A stretch of DNA of 62,999 bases from the NCBI GenBank assembly GCA_002424645.1, contig DIKU01000064.1, positions 27,495 to 90,493 of the forward strand, given 5' to 3'. The notes below the pieces were generated by a model. It did no database searches and was not told the origin of the DNA. It saw nothing but the letters and a program-made list of their open reading frames with translations. Made by a program: the position numbers and the translations under genes. Below, in pieces: positions 49,216 to 59,717 of this stretch. Position 1 is the first letter of the stretch, and each line of letters starts with the position of its first letter. This DNA is from Pelobacter sp. UBA5610 (lineage in GTDB: Bacteria > Desulfobacterota > Desulfuromonadia > Desulfuromonadales > Syntrophotaleaceae).

Positions 49216-49994
49216 CCTCCGACCTTTGGGGGATACAGAAGAAAACGGTGCAACGCTTCCGTTTGTGGATCTTTAAAGATTTTTGCAGTCTCGCCCTGCT
49301 CGATGATACGGCCTTCATCCAGAAACACCACGTCATCGGCCACGCGTTCGGCAAACCACAGGTCATGCGTCACCACCAACATGGCCAAATGATTCTGTCG
49401 GCACAGACCCTGGATGGAGCGGGCTAAACGATCACCGGAAGGTCTGTCCAAAGCGCTAGTAGGCTCATCCAACATCAGCACCTGGGGATGACATAGCAGG
49501 GCCCTTGCCAGCCCCACACGCTGCTGCTCCCCCAGAGAAAGACTCCCCGCCTGGCGCGGCAAATATTCATGCGTAAGATCGACCATGGCAAGAGATTGAG
49601 ACCAGGATGGGTCTGTTGGCGAAGGGGGATCCTGCTTGCGCAGCACAAAAGGCTGTTGCAGGTTTTCAAGTACCGTTCCGGTAAACATGAAGGGTTTTTG
49701 CGGAACCATGCTTACCATCCGGCGGAGTTGCAGAGGATCGAGCAGAGCAATATCCTGATTGCCCAAAAGGATCCGACCTCCGGAGGGATCCTCCAATCGA
49801 TTGGCAATGCGCAGCAGGGTTGTCTTTCCGCATCCGGACGGACCGATAAGCACCGTAATGCGTCCGGCAGGGATGGTCATGCATACCTGCTGGAGAATGC
49901 GCCGGGGCCGCCCGTCTTCGCCGGTTCGGACTTTTTCAATATTTTCGAGAACCAGAGGGGGCACTCTCATCGCCCTTTCAGGCGTCACTGTCAC
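49206..49994 (-). CDS. ABC ATP-binding protein (FetA/YbbL-like)
   Basis: GPSGCGKT, LSLGEQQR, LMLDEPTSALD, VTHD; overlaps both neighbours. Confidence 0.85.
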   Translation of the reverse strand: MTVTPERAMRVPPLVLENIEKVRTGEDGRPRRILQQVCMTIPAGRITVLIGPSGCGKTTLLRIANRLEDPSGGRILLGNQDIALLDPLQLRRMVSMVPQKPFMFTGTVLENLQQPFVLRKQDPPSPTDPSWSQSLAMVDLTHEYLPRQAGSLSLGEQQRVGLARALLCHPQVLMLDEPTSALDRPSGDRLARSIQGLCRQNHLAMLVVTHDLWFAERVADDVVFLDEGRIIEQGETAKIFKDPQTEALHRFLLYPPKVGGCL

Positions 49995-50709
49995 GCAAAC
50001 GGCTCATAACCAGCTTGAGATCTTCCCAAACTTCGCGTTTGGATGCAGGATTACGCAATAAATAAGCCGGGTGATACGTAGGCATCACTGGAATACCCTC
50101 ATATTCATGCCATTGACCGCGCAACCGGCTGATAGCTTCCTGATCCTTCAATAAAACCTGCGCAGCAAACCGTCCGAGGGTAACGATAACGCGAGGCCGA
50201 ATCGCCGCTAACTGGCGGACGAGAAAAGGCTCGCAGGCCAGGATTTCTTCCGGATGCGGATCCCGATTCTCCGGAGGTCGACATTTTTGAACGTTGCAAA
50301 TATAAACATCATCACGGCACAATCCCATGGCAAACAGCATACGGTCTAAAAGCCGCCCCGCCTCACCAACGAATGGAATCCCCTGTTTATCCTCTTCGCG
50401 CCCCGGCGCTTCTCCGACAAACACCACACGCGCCTTTTCATTACCACAACCAAAGACGAGATGATTACGCCCCTGACTCAGCGGACAGCGGCAACAATCA
50501 CCCAGGTCGGCACGAATTTCCTCGAGGGTTTCAGGACGGCAATGGCAAGACACACGCTCTTCCGCACCGATCCCTGGTGGGCAGACGCTCTGAGGCACGG
50601 CGTCCTCCGACCAAGGTATTTCATGGACCCCCAGGGACTGAAGATTCTCAAGAAGGCCGCGCACCTGTCCGGCAACCTCACATAAATCCCGATAAAGCTT
50701 CTGCGGCAT
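49978..50709 (-). CDS. Family 4 uracil-DNA glycosylase ([4Fe-4S])
   Basis: [33 protein letters not shown]; ATG 50709 with SD GGAAGG. Confidence 0.93.
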   Translation of the reverse strand: MPQKLYRDLCEVAGQVRGLLENLQSLGVHEIPWSEDAVPQSVCPPGIGAEERVSCHCRPETLEEIRADLGDCCRCPLSQGRNHLVFGCGNEKARVVFVGEAPGREEDKQGIPFVGEAGRLLDRMLFAMGLCRDDVYICNVQKCRPPENRDPHPEEILACEPFLVRQLAAIRPRVIVTLGRFAAQVLLKDQEAISRLRGQWHEYEGIPVMPTYHPAYLLRNPASKREVWEDLKLVMSRLRDSDA

Positions 50710-50765
50710 AGTCTCTTTACATTTCCTTCCCTGCGGGATTATCCTGTAGCAATAAATCAACACGG

Positions 50766-51686
50766 GTGTCTATGGCGTTCAAGATAATACTCATAATCTG
50801 TATCGTGATTCTTTCGGTCCCCACCCCATCCCTGGCTTGGGGACTGGGGGTACACCTGCAACTCGGTTCACAGATACTGGGTGAACTACACCTTCTGCCT
50901 GAGGCGCTCCGGCAGTTGGTAGCCGCCCACCCTTTCGATTTCCTTTATGGCTGCATCAGTGCCGACATCACCCTAGGGAAACGCTTTACTCACTATCTCC
51001 AACACTGCCATTCATGGCGGGTCGGGTGCCGGATTATCGACGCGGCACAGACTGATGCCCAACGGGCCTGCGCCTATGGCTATATCGCACACCTGGCTGC
51101 GGACACCATTGCCCACTCGTACCTGGTACCGTATAAACTGGTGCGCACCTTTAACACCGCCATGCATAAACATACCTATTGGGAGATGCGCTTCGAAAGC
51201 CGGGTTGACCCAGCCTGCTGGGCTTTGGCCCGCTCACTGGCACAAAAAGATTTAAGCGCCAACGATACCCTGCTACGCAGCATCCTGGCTCCGACCCTGT
51301 TCTCTTTCGGCACCAACAAGCGACTTTTCAATTCCCTGCTGCTGTTAAGCCGCTTGCAGCAATGGCAAAAAATGCTGCGTTCCGTAGCGGACCACTCAAA
51401 ATGGACACTGCAGGAAATCAACCAGGAAGAATATCTGACCCTCGCCCACGAAGCCGTCCTGAGCATTCTGCAGAATATGCAGGAAAGCCCTTACTGGAAG
51501 GCTGACCCAGCCGGCGAAAGAGCGCTGTATGCTGCCAAAGCGATCCGTAAAAACCTGCACCTGCTATGGTTGGAAGGCAAATTACCTGAAGCCCAGGCAG
51601 AACAGTTGCTTTGCGAAATCAAACAACGCTTGCGTCAAGGCATCGTCCATCCGGAAAAACTGCTCGAATTACTGTCGGGCTACTGA
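50766..51686 (+). CDS. Zinc-dependent phospholipase C family protein
   Basis: Signal peptide then mature N-terminal WG...H, G...AD, HCH, HLAADTIAH, H..WE. Confidence 0.8.
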   Translation: MSMAFKIILIICIVILSVPTPSLAWGLGVHLQLGSQILGELHLLPEALRQLVAAHPFDFLYGCISADITLGKRFTHYLQHCHSWRVGCRIIDAAQTDAQRACAYGYIAHLAADTIAHSYLVPYKLVRTFNTAMHKHTYWEMRFESRVDPACWALARSLAQKDLSANDTLLRSILAPTLFSFGTNKRLFNSLLLLSRLQQWQKMLRSVADHSKWTLQEINQEEYLTLAHEAVLSILQNMQESPYWKADPAGERALYAAKAIRKNLHLLWLEGKLPEAQAEQLLCEIKQRLRQGIVHPEKLLELLSGY

Positions 51687-52903
51687 TCTTGCGTCGTTCC
51701 TGCACACCCGCCACCTCGCAGACGAGCGACACATTCCAGTAACCTTTCAGCCACTTCCGCCTTACTCAACAAAGGCCATTTCTCCGTCTTCCCGTTGCGG
51801 TAAAACAACCTGACCAGATTGGTATCGACGTCAAACCCTGCCTGCGGACAGGTGACATCGTTGGCGACAATAAGATCAAGGTCCTTGCTTTGCAGTTTGC
51901 GTAACGCATGGGCTTCCAGCTCATGGGTCTCGGCGGCAAACCCGATCACCAGTTGATCTTTTTTGACCTTGCCGACTTCCGCCAGGATATCCGGGTTTTT
52001 AACCAAACTAAGTTGCAGAAGCTCGTCCTCGCCTTTTTTGATCTTCTGAAGGGCACGTTCCGCAGGGCGATAGTCCGCCACGGCCGCGGACTTGATCACC
52101 ACGGTACTTTCAGGCAAATGCTCCAGAACAGCCGATTTCATCTGCTCAGCACTCACGACCTTATGCAATTCAACCCCTGCAGGGGGCGCAAGGGCTGTCG
52201 GACCGGATATCAGTATCACCCGGGCACCGTGCTGCCTGGCTGCCCGGGCAATGGCGTAGCCCATTTTACCAGAGGAATAATTACTCAGATACCGCACCGG
52301 ATCGAGTTCTTCGCGTGTCGGACCGGCGGTAACCAAAATAGTTTCACCGGTAAGATCCTGAGGAGTCAACAACCGAAGCGTTTCCGCGAACACGACTTCG
52401 GGTTCGGCCATTTTACCTTTACCCTGCCAGCCACAGGCAAGCAACCCGCTTACCGGTTCGACAAACCGATACCCCAGTTCAGCAAGGCTTGCCTGATTCT
52501 GCTGATAAATCGGGTTTTCCCACATATTGCTGTTCATGGCGGGGACAAACAATACAGGCGCCTTGGTCGCCATGATGGTGGTCGTAAGCAGATCATCGGC
52601 GAGTCCTGCAGCAACCTTTCCAACCAGATTGGCCGTACAGGGAGCCACGACCAGCACATCGGCACGATCAGCCAGAGCAATATGACCGATCTCCCGTTCG
52701 CTTATCAGGTTGAACAATTCGATATGCACGGGGTTCCCCGACAGGGTCTGAAAAGTAAGGGGTGTGACAAACTCTGTAGCGGCAGCCGTCATGATCACAT
52801 GTACCTGCGCTCCGGCTTTGACATAAAGTCGAACCAGTTCTGCGGCCCGATAAGCCGCAATCCCTCCGGTCACCCCGACTACGATCTGTTTACCTGTCAG
52901 CAT
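51680..52903 (-). CDS. coaBC: Phosphopantothenoylcysteine decarboxylase/synthetase
   Basis: GVTGGIAAY, PAMN..MW, LACG..GKG, TAGPT.E.LDPVRY.SN.SSGKMG, AAVADY, GFAAET. Confidence 0.97.
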   Translation of the reverse strand: MLTGKQIVVGVTGGIAAYRAAELVRLYVKAGAQVHVIMTAAATEFVTPLTFQTLSGNPVHIELFNLISEREIGHIALADRADVLVVAPCTANLVGKVAAGLADDLLTTTIMATKAPVLFVPAMNSNMWENPIYQQNQASLAELGYRFVEPVSGLLACGWQGKGKMAEPEVVFAETLRLLTPQDLTGETILVTAGPTREELDPVRYLSNYSSGKMGYAIARAARQHGARVILISGPTALAPPAGVELHKVVSAEQMKSAVLEHLPESTVVIKSAAVADYRPAERALQKIKKGEDELLQLSLVKNPDILAEVGKVKKDQLVIGFAAETHELEAHALRKLQSKDLDLIVANDVTCPQAGFDVDTNLVRLFYRNGKTEKWPLLSKAEVAERLLECVARLRGGGCAGTTQDQ

Positions 52904-52912
52904 CGGTCTTTC

Positions 52913-53554
52913 CTATTCGAAATAATTCAAATAAGGATTACTTTTCCGTTCACGGCCGATGGTGGTTTCCGGACCATGGCCGGGAAACACCCTGACGCTA
53001 TCGTCAAGCACCAGCAAACGATTTTGCAACCCCTTCAGCAACAGCAAATGGTCGCCACCGGGCAGATCGGTACGGCCGATGGATCCGGCAAAAAGCACAT
53101 CTCCGGCAAACACCGAATCGCCACATTTAAGGCATACGCTGCCGGGAGAATGCCCCGGCACATGCAGCACCTCCAACAGGATGCTGCCTACCTGGATTTG
53201 ATCGCCATCCTGCAACAGCCGCGTCGGTTCGGGTGATGGATCGATGGCATGGCAACCGAATTTTGCCGCATGCTCGGCAGCCCCCCGCAACAGCGGCAGG
53301 TCGGCACCGTGCAGCAGCAGCTCGGCACCGGTCTTATCGATAAGAAAACGATTGCCACCGATATGATCGAAATGGCCGTGGGTATTGATCACCTTTTTCA
53401 AAGCAAACCCGTGTTCTTCGAGCAGCGCAAGAATACGCTCCGCATGACCACCGGGATCAATGACGATGGCTTGCTGAGTCTGGGGACATCCCAGCATATA
53501 GCAATTGACTCCCAACTCTCCGGTCATCATGCTCTTTTGCCATATATTGTTCAC
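52913..53554 (-). CDS. MBL-fold hydrolase (glyoxalase II / YcbL-like)
   Basis: THGHFDH, PGHSPG, GD.LF.GSIGRTD, PGHG. Confidence 0.9.
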   Translation of the reverse strand: MNNIWQKSMMTGELGVNCYMLGCPQTQQAIVIDPGGHAERILALLEEHGFALKKVINTHGHFDHIGGNRFLIDKTGAELLLHGADLPLLRGAAEHAAKFGCHAIDPSPEPTRLLQDGDQIQVGSILLEVLHVPGHSPGSVCLKCGDSVFAGDVLFAGSIGRTDLPGGDHLLLLKGLQNRLLVLDDSVRVFPGHGPETTIGRERKSNPYLNYFE

Positions 53555-54714
53555 TTGTCATCCCTTTCATCCGAAGTAAACAGATCCAGGTTTTTGCCGC
53601 GCAATTGATCCCCCAAAGTAAAATTGAAATTTTTGCGACGCCCATCCGGCTGCCGCCGCTCTTGCACGGAAGACGTGTTTGGGCCGGGTTCTACAGGGGG
53701 AACGGCAGGGGCAACCGATCGTGATGAAACCTGTTCATCCGGCATAGGTTGTTGAATGGAAGCAGCGGCCGGACTTTTATAGAAATACCGGTCATAAATA
53801 CGATGATAACCGGTCCAGGACTCATCATTATCCGGATCCTTCTGGATATGTGTCTGAATCCCGTTGATCTTGGAATCGAGATCGTCCAGATAATTAAGAA
53901 TGATCGCTTCAAGAGTTTTGGGACGCTTGGGCGACCCGTATTCATACTGACCATGATGGGACAACAGCAGATGCTTAAGAAGCACCGCCATATCTCTGGG
54001 GAAATCAGGCACCTGGGCAATTTTACTGTCGAGCATCTGAAAACCGATGGTGATATGCCCAAGCAGCTTACCCTCGTCGGTATAGCCAAACGCACGTTCG
54101 TAACAGAGTTCGGCCACTTTGCCAATATCGTGCAACAAGGCACCGGTCAGCAACATATCGCGATTAACCGTGGGATAGTGCCGACAAATATCATCCACCA
54201 ACCGCGCAACGGACAAGGAGTGGTCCAACAGCCCCCCCAGGTAAACATGATGGATAGCCTTGGCGGCCGGAGCGCTGCTGTATCCCTGCATAAAATCTTC
54301 ATCGGCCAGGAAAACGCCCATCAACTCCCGCAAACAGGGGGTTTGCAAAGTTCCAACCTGGGTCCGAAGCTCCGCCAGCATGTCTTCGACGCTGCGTTCG
54401 GCTACGGGCAGATAATCGGCCAGATCGACCTCTGCCTCGTCAACCTTTTTTAAATCCTGAATGACCAGCTGCATTTTTCCAAGGTAAAGACTGGCTTTGC
54501 CCTGCACCTGGATAAAATCATCCTTTTCAAAACAGCCGGAAAGTTCCTCGACGCGGTCCCAAACCCGCCCCTCGACCTCACCGGTTCGATCCATCAGTTT
54601 GATGGTGAGATAGGGTTTTCCGTTACGAGCCGTAGCCGTTATTTTCTCTCGTACCAGGAAGGACTCCTTGATGATGTCCCGGTCCTGGATCTTTCCCGCA
54701 TACACTTTTTTCAC
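53551..54714 (-). CDS. yhaM: OB-fold + HD-domain 3'-5' exoribonuclease (YhaM/Cbf1 family)
   Basis: GKPYL...L.DRTG (OB fold), PAA...HH...GGL..H, LHDIGK, SHHG..EYGSP..P. Confidence 0.85.
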   Translation of the reverse strand: MKKVYAGKIQDRDIIKESFLVREKITATARNGKPYLTIKLMDRTGEVEGRVWDRVEELSGCFEKDDFIQVQGKASLYLGKMQLVIQDLKKVDEAEVDLADYLPVAERSVEDMLAELRTQVGTLQTPCLRELMGVFLADEDFMQGYSSAPAAKAIHHVYLGGLLDHSLSVARLVDDICRHYPTVNRDMLLTGALLHDIGKVAELCYERAFGYTDEGKLLGHITIGFQMLDSKIAQVPDFPRDMAVLLKHLLLSHHGQYEYGSPKRPKTLEAIILNYLDDLDSKINGIQTHIQKDPDNDESWTGYHRIYDRYFYKSPAAASIQQPMPDEQVSSRSVAPAVPPVEPGPNTSSVQERRQPDGRRKNFNFTLGDQLRGKNLDLFTSDERDDK

Positions 54715-56303
54715 CTGTAACTCCCGGTTGGTACAGAACTGATAATATGTTCCCCGATCGTAATACCATCAAGGGCGGCACTCATGATGCCTCCGGCATA
54801 ACCGGCCCCCTCCCCTGCGGGGAAAAGGCCTGCGTGGGAAACGGACTGTCCGTTAGCGCCGCGCAAAATACGTAATGGCGCCGAGGTGCGGGTCTCGATG
54901 CCCACAAGTGTCGCCTCGGCGGTAATAAATCCGCGCATGCGCCGGTCAAAATGGGGCAACGCACGCCGCAGACCGGTAGTCACAGCCATCGGCAACCCAT
55001 CCGACAGATCGGCTTCGCGCACCCCGGGCCGACAGGAAGAACAAAGAGGGCCCTTCCCCCGGCCCAGGAAATTCAAAAGATTTTGTGCCGGTGCATGAAA
55101 ATCACCGCCGCCCAGCCTGAAGGCCTGTTGTTCCCAGCGACGCTGAAAACGCATCCCGGCAAGAGCATCCTGAGCGTCAAAATCTTCCGGCCGGACAGCG
55201 ACAACCAGCGCACTATTTGACAGGTCACCGTCACGGCGCAGATAACTCATCCCATTGACCACCATACCACCCGGCTCGGAAGAAGCCACAACCACCTCGC
55301 CACCCGGACACATGCAAAAGGAGTACACCCCACGCCCGGTCTGCGGATCGTTCCAGGTCAGGGCATATTCAGCGGTCGGTAAATGCGGATGGCGTGCATG
55401 ACCGTACTGGATAGCGTTGATCAACTCGGCCGGATGTTCCACCCGGACGCCGACAGCAAAAGGTTTGGCTTCCATGGCCACCCCCGATGCCTGTAACATT
55501 TCATAGGTATCCCTGGCACTATGACCGCAAGCGAGTACCAGACTATCGCAGGGGAGTTCTTCGCCGTTACCCAATATGCCGGCTGTGACACGCCCGGCTT
55601 TCACCTTCAAGCCGTCAAGGCGGGTTTCATAGCGAATGGTAACGCCAAGATTGATAAGCATCTGTCGAAAACGAATCAGCACCAGACGCAAGCGATCGGT
55701 ACCGACATGTGGCTTGGCGTCAATCAGGATATCCTCCGGAGCACCGCAATCCACCAGTATCTGCAACACCTGGCGATGCCAAGGGTGTTTGACCCGGGTC
55801 GTCAATTTGCCGTCGGAAAAAGTCCCGGCCCCGCCTTCACCAAAAGCGATATTGCTGTCGGGATCGAAAATCCCCTCGCTGCGAAAACGCCGGATATCAG
55901 GGACCCTGGTTTCCACGCGCCGTCCACGCTCCACCACGGTGACCTCCGCACCGCTGCGCGCAAGACGCCAGGCGGCAAACAGGCCTGCCGGCCCCATACC
56001 GACAACGACAACCCGCCAGGGCTGTTTAAGGGGGGCAATCGATGGACGAAGCCGGGGCTCGATTTTTTGCAGGCGGGGATGACCGGCATGACGCCTCAAC
56101 AAAGCGTCTTCGTCTGCCACCTCGAATTCGACATTGAACACCCGCAAAATGCGGGATTTACGCCGGGCATCGATGCCGCGACGAACAATACTCAGTTTAA
56201 TCAAGGATTCGGGTGAAATACCCAATTCCTGCCCAACCTTCTCAGAAAGCAAGGCCTCATCTTCGTCCAGATTCAGGGCAATTTCACGCAACAACAAAGG
56301 CAT
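54711..56303 (-). CDS. Uncharacterised FAD-dependent oxidoreductase
   Basis: VVGMGPAGLFAA, FGEGGAGTFSDGKL, GHSARD, FCMCPGG, GEGAGYAGGI.SAA.DG. Confidence 0.88.
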   Translation of the reverse strand: MPLLLREIALNLDEDEALLSEKVGQELGISPESLIKLSIVRRGIDARRKSRILRVFNVEFEVADEDALLRRHAGHPRLQKIEPRLRPSIAPLKQPWRVVVVGMGPAGLFAAWRLARSGAEVTVVERGRRVETRVPDIRRFRSEGIFDPDSNIAFGEGGAGTFSDGKLTTRVKHPWHRQVLQILVDCGAPEDILIDAKPHVGTDRLRLVLIRFRQMLINLGVTIRYETRLDGLKVKAGRVTAGILGNGEELPCDSLVLACGHSARDTYEMLQASGVAMEAKPFAVGVRVEHPAELINAIQYGHARHPHLPTAEYALTWNDPQTGRGVYSFCMCPGGEVVVASSEPGGMVVNGMSYLRRDGDLSNSALVVAVRPEDFDAQDALAGMRFQRRWEQQAFRLGGGDFHAPAQNLLNFLGRGKGPLCSSCRPGVREADLSDGLPMAVTTGLRRALPHFDRRMRGFITAEATLVGIETRTSAPLRILRGANGQSVSHAGLFPAGEGAGYAGGIMSAALDGITIGEHIISSVPTGSYR

Positions 56304-56352
56304 GGTGGTAATTTATTTTCCAAAAGGCTGATGGACGCGTCGCAGGCGACGG

Positions 56353-57534
56353 TCAGTTGCTTTGCGTGGCAAGGGGAAATTCCAGGTTGAACACAGTGCC
56401 CTCCCCTGCCGTGCTGCGCACATTAATATGACCATGATAGTTTTTAACGATGCGCAGCACCACCGACAACCCGAATCCGGTGCCCTTGGTCTTGGTCGTA
56501 AAAAACGGGTCAAAAATCTGGCTCAGATTTTCCCTCGGAATGCCGCCTCCGGTATCGGAAACCTCGATGGTCGCTTTTTGACCGTCGTACTGAACCGTCA
56601 CCCCAAGCACTCCTCCATGTTGCATCTCGTAGAGAGAATTGGCGAAAAGATTAGTGAAAATCTGCTCAATCTCGCCACTATCCGCCATCATCAACGGTGG
56701 CACCTGAACATAATGTTTTTCGATCTTCACATGACTGGCTTTAAGCTGGGCACTGAAGGTCTCCAGGATGCGATCGATGGTTCCGATCAGGCAGACCGGT
56801 TCAAGGGTCACCTTCGGCGCCTTGCTGGCATCCAGAAGTTTGGACAGGATCGCATCGATGCGATCGACCTCCTGCAGCAATTTATCGATATATCCGGACT
56901 TTTCGGTATCGTTCGCCATCACTGGCCGTAAAATCTGGGCGAACAGCCCTATAGCATTGAGCGGGTTACGAATTTCATGCGCCATCCCGGCCGAAACATG
57001 GCCCAATGCCGCAAGTTTTTCAGCCTGCAGGATTTCGGCATGCGCCAACTCAAGCTCACGGGTCTTTTCAGCTACGCGTCTTTCCAGCTCCATATTCCAG
57101 ACTTCTATTTCGCTCAGCAGGCGCTCCCGCTCTTCCCGCAGCTCCCGGTTGTGCATCTCTATGCGACGGATGCGCAGTACATTCTCGATTCTTTCGACCA
57201 GGTCCTGGTTCTTGAAGGGTTTGAGAATATAATCGGCGGCACCTGCTTTCATCACCTCGACGGCTATTTGTTCGCTGCCCTTGCCGGTCAACATGATCAC
57301 ATACGTGTCAGGATGAAGCTGGCGTAAGTGGCGCAGTGTTGTCATGCCATCCATGACGGGCATCATGTAATCGAGCAGCACCAGGTCAGGCTTTTCAGTC
57401 TTTACGACATCCAGGCACTCCTGTCCGCTTTGGGCCTTAAGAACCTCAAAACCACGACTGGTCAACACCATGGTAGCTAGTTGCAGAATAATCGATTCAT
57501 CATCCACCACAAGAATCCGGTTGGACATCACCAT
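56353..57534 (-). CDS. Cytoplasmic hybrid kinase: REC - coiled coil - HisKA - HATPase
   Basis: ILVVDD, LLDYMMP, KPF; [28 protein letters not shown]. Confidence 0.92.
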   Translation of the reverse strand: MVMSNRILVVDDESIILQLATMVLTSRGFEVLKAQSGQECLDVVKTEKPDLVLLDYMMPVMDGMTTLRHLRQLHPDTYVIMLTGKGSEQIAVEVMKAGAADYILKPFKNQDLVERIENVLRIRRIEMHNRELREERERLLSEIEVWNMELERRVAEKTRELELAHAEILQAEKLAALGHVSAGMAHEIRNPLNAIGLFAQILRPVMANDTEKSGYIDKLLQEVDRIDAILSKLLDASKAPKVTLEPVCLIGTIDRILETFSAQLKASHVKIEKHYVQVPPLMMADSGEIEQIFTNLFANSLYEMQHGGVLGVTVQYDGQKATIEVSDTGGGIPRENLSQIFDPFFTTKTKGTGFGLSVVLRIVKNYHGHINVRSTAGEGTVFNLEFPLATQSN

Positions 57535-57837
57535 CTCCTTCGAAAACTGAAAACCATCTCAGCTATGTACGGCGCTACAGCGCAAGGGCTTCGGTGCTGC
57601 TCGAAAAAACTGCTACTTAAAAAACAACTTGGACGCAGGACTTCGCGACGAGAGCAAAGGTTTGCAACGAATGGTCCGGCAGTGAATATATTTGGTTGCT
57701 ACAGGATTAGCTGTATCTTTTAAAAATTATCAACCCGTGTTTCGGTCCCACGTCAAATTGCAAGGATACCCTTGCACAAATCGATTATGCAAGGGGGAAA
57801 TATCTAAAGGCGGCAACCATAATAATCACCGCCTTAA

Positions 57838-57865
57838 ACAAAAAGGGCGACCGATAGTCGCCCTT
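57838..57865 (-). terminator. Intrinsic terminator after usp
   Basis: AAGGGCGAC / GTCGCCCTT stem followed by a T-run on the minus strand. Confidence 0.75.
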
Positions 57866-57888
57866 CGATGTCAGGTTAATTTATGCGA

Positions 57889-58335
57889 TCAGCCCGGAAC
57901 GCGGATCGTCATGACCGGCACGGGAGATTTGCGTACCACCTTCTCCGCAGTGCTTCCGAATAAAACATGATCCAGACCTGAACGACCTTGCGTTCCCATG
58001 ATGATCAGATCCGCGTTGAGATCCGCGGCTTTTTTTATAATTTCATCATAAGGAATGCCCGGCACAATAAAAGTCTGATAATTTTCATAGTCACCAATAT
58101 GGGTACGACAGAACTTTTCCATCATCTTACGGGCTCCTTCCTCGATCTCCTCCTCCAGTGACTCAAAGGAGATGTGAGGTACATAGAAACCACGAAGATC
58201 TACCGGCTCGTTAATAACATGCACAATGGCAAGCAACGATTGATATTTACGCGCCATGGCAAGAGCATAATCAAAGGCATACTCGGAGTTTTCCGAAAAG
58301 TCGGTAGCGAAAAGTATCGTTTTGAATTCTTTCAT
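57889..58335 (-). CDS. Universal stress protein
   Basis: ILFATDFS, ADLIIMGTQGRSG....FGSTAEKVVR.SP.PV. Confidence 0.93.
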   Translation of the reverse strand: MKEFKTILFATDFSENSEYAFDYALAMARKYQSLLAIVHVINEPVDLRGFYVPHISFESLEEEIEEGARKMMEKFCRTHIGDYENYQTFIVPGIPYDEIIKKAADLNADLIIMGTQGRSGLDHVLFGSTAEKVVRKSPVPVMTIRVPG

Positions 58336-58353
58336 TGCGACTCCCCAAATAGG

Positions 58354-58743
58354 TCAGTTAGCTTTACTCGGACGTCCCTCTGTCAGCATCTTGTGCATAA
58401 TATATTTAAGTTCGTCTACCTTGACAGGTTTGTGGATATATTCAAAAGCGCCAAGTTGAATGGCCTCAAGATAGGACTCGACCCCTCCATAAGCGGTCAC
58501 CATGATAACCCGCGTACTTGGATAACGACGATTTAGCTCACGCAGGAACGCAAGTCCATTCATTTCAGGCATTTTAAGATCACTGATCACCACGTTGACT
58601 TTGTGTTGACGCAAAAACTCCAAGGCCTCGTAGCCATTGGCCACGCTATCAACCACGTACCCTTCCTGCTGCAGTATCGCGCGCAGGGCAATACGGGCGT
58701 TTTCCTCATCATCGACAACCAGTACTTTTTCTTGAACCCGCAC
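58354..58743 (-). CDS. Single-domain response regulator
   Basis: VLVVDDE, ISDLKMP, TAYG, KP; GTG 58743 with SD AAGGGGG. Confidence 0.9.
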   Translation of the reverse strand: MRVQEKVLVVDDEENARIALRAILQQEGYVVDSVANGYEALEFLRQHKVNVVISDLKMPEMNGLAFLRELNRRYPSTRVIMVTAYGGVESYLEAIQLGAFEYIHKPVKVDELKYIMHKMLTEGRPSKAN

Positions 58744-58770
58744 AGCAACCCCCTTGTTCAATTTGCCTAA

Positions 58771-58798
58771 AGCATACCATCGGAGGCGAGACTGTCAA
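58771..58798 (-). promoter_or_regulatory. Sigma70-type promoter of the regulator-usp pair
   Basis: Minus strand TTGACA-N16-TATGCT with an extended -10 TGn. Confidence 0.6.
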
Positions 58799-58889
58799 GC
58801 CGGCGGGCAATCTTCAAAGAATATGTTTTTGTTATTAATTTCGTATACTTAGACAACACACAGAGAAACTCCGGACACCCCTGTCATCA

Positions 58890-59717
58890 TCATGAAAACC
58901 AAAGACTGCAAAGCTGCTTCACCAGGCTTGAAAGATCAGCGGCACCAAGGCGACCGGTTGCGAGCACATCCTCATGGCACAGGCCTTGTGTCCCTAATCC
59001 CGCGGCACGATTGGCGGTGAAACTGAGGCCAACAACCTCCATTTGCAGGTATCTGGCCATGATGGCCTCAGAGACCAAGGACATGGAAACAGCATCGGCG
59101 CCAAGCCGTTGCAGCGCTCGTATCTCCGCCGGAGTTTCGTAAGACGGACCAGGCACCGCAGCCAGCACACCCTGAAGAAGGGATACCCCCTGAGACAAGG
59201 CCTCGGCTTGAAGAGGGGTGAACAGATCGGTGCGATAAAGACCGGTCAAATCGACAAAGATATTGCCGTCGAGGCCTCGAAGGGGATTATCGCCAAGCAG
59301 ATTAAGATGATCGCTGACAAACATGAAGCGACCGGGAGCCAGATCGGCGCGAATCCCACCCACAGCGTTGGTCAACAGAATGCGCCTACAACCCAGGGCG
59401 CGGGCTAAACGCACGGGCATGGCCGTCTGCCAGGCGGATAACCCCTGATACATATGGAAACGCCCCTGAAACAGCAGCGTTTTGCGACCATGAAGGATTC
59501 CGGCAACCAACTGGCCTGCATGCCCCGCCACCGCACCGGGTGGAAAACAAGAGAAGGAATGATATTCCCACCTCACAGCCTGATCAACATCCGCCGCAAC
59601 CTGCCCCAGGCCCGAGCCCAGGATTATAGCCAGGTCAAAGGGATCGGCACCCAGCTGATCGCGTACCGCTGCGACCACCTCTGTCAGGTTTTCGTCAGGG
59701 TTGCAGGATCTCATCAT
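58890..59717 (-). CDS. punA: Purine nucleoside phosphorylase (trimeric family)
   Basis: ILGSGLG, GHAG, GRFH.Y, TNAVGG, GPSYET.AE, GADAVSMS. Confidence 0.88.
   Translation of the reverse strand: MMRSCNPDENLTEVVAAVRDQLGADPFDLAIILGSGLGQVAADVDQAVRWEYHSFSCFPPGAVAGHAGQLVAGILHGRKTLLFQGRFHMYQGLSAWQTAMPVRLARALGCRRILLTNAVGGIRADLAPGRFMFVSDHLNLLGDNPLRGLDGNIFVDLTGLYRTDLFTPLQAEALSQGVSLLQGVLAAVPGPSYETPAEIRALQRLGADAVSMSLVSEAIMARYLQMEVVGLSFTANRAAGLGTQGLCHEDVLATGRLGAADLSSLVKQLCSLWFS

Noticed and set aside
51908-53236. 442-aa plus-strand ORF, and similar long antisense ORFs at 34901-36004, 25070-26017 and 16899-17759
   Set aside because: They overlap well-supported genes on the opposite strand and show no domain signatures
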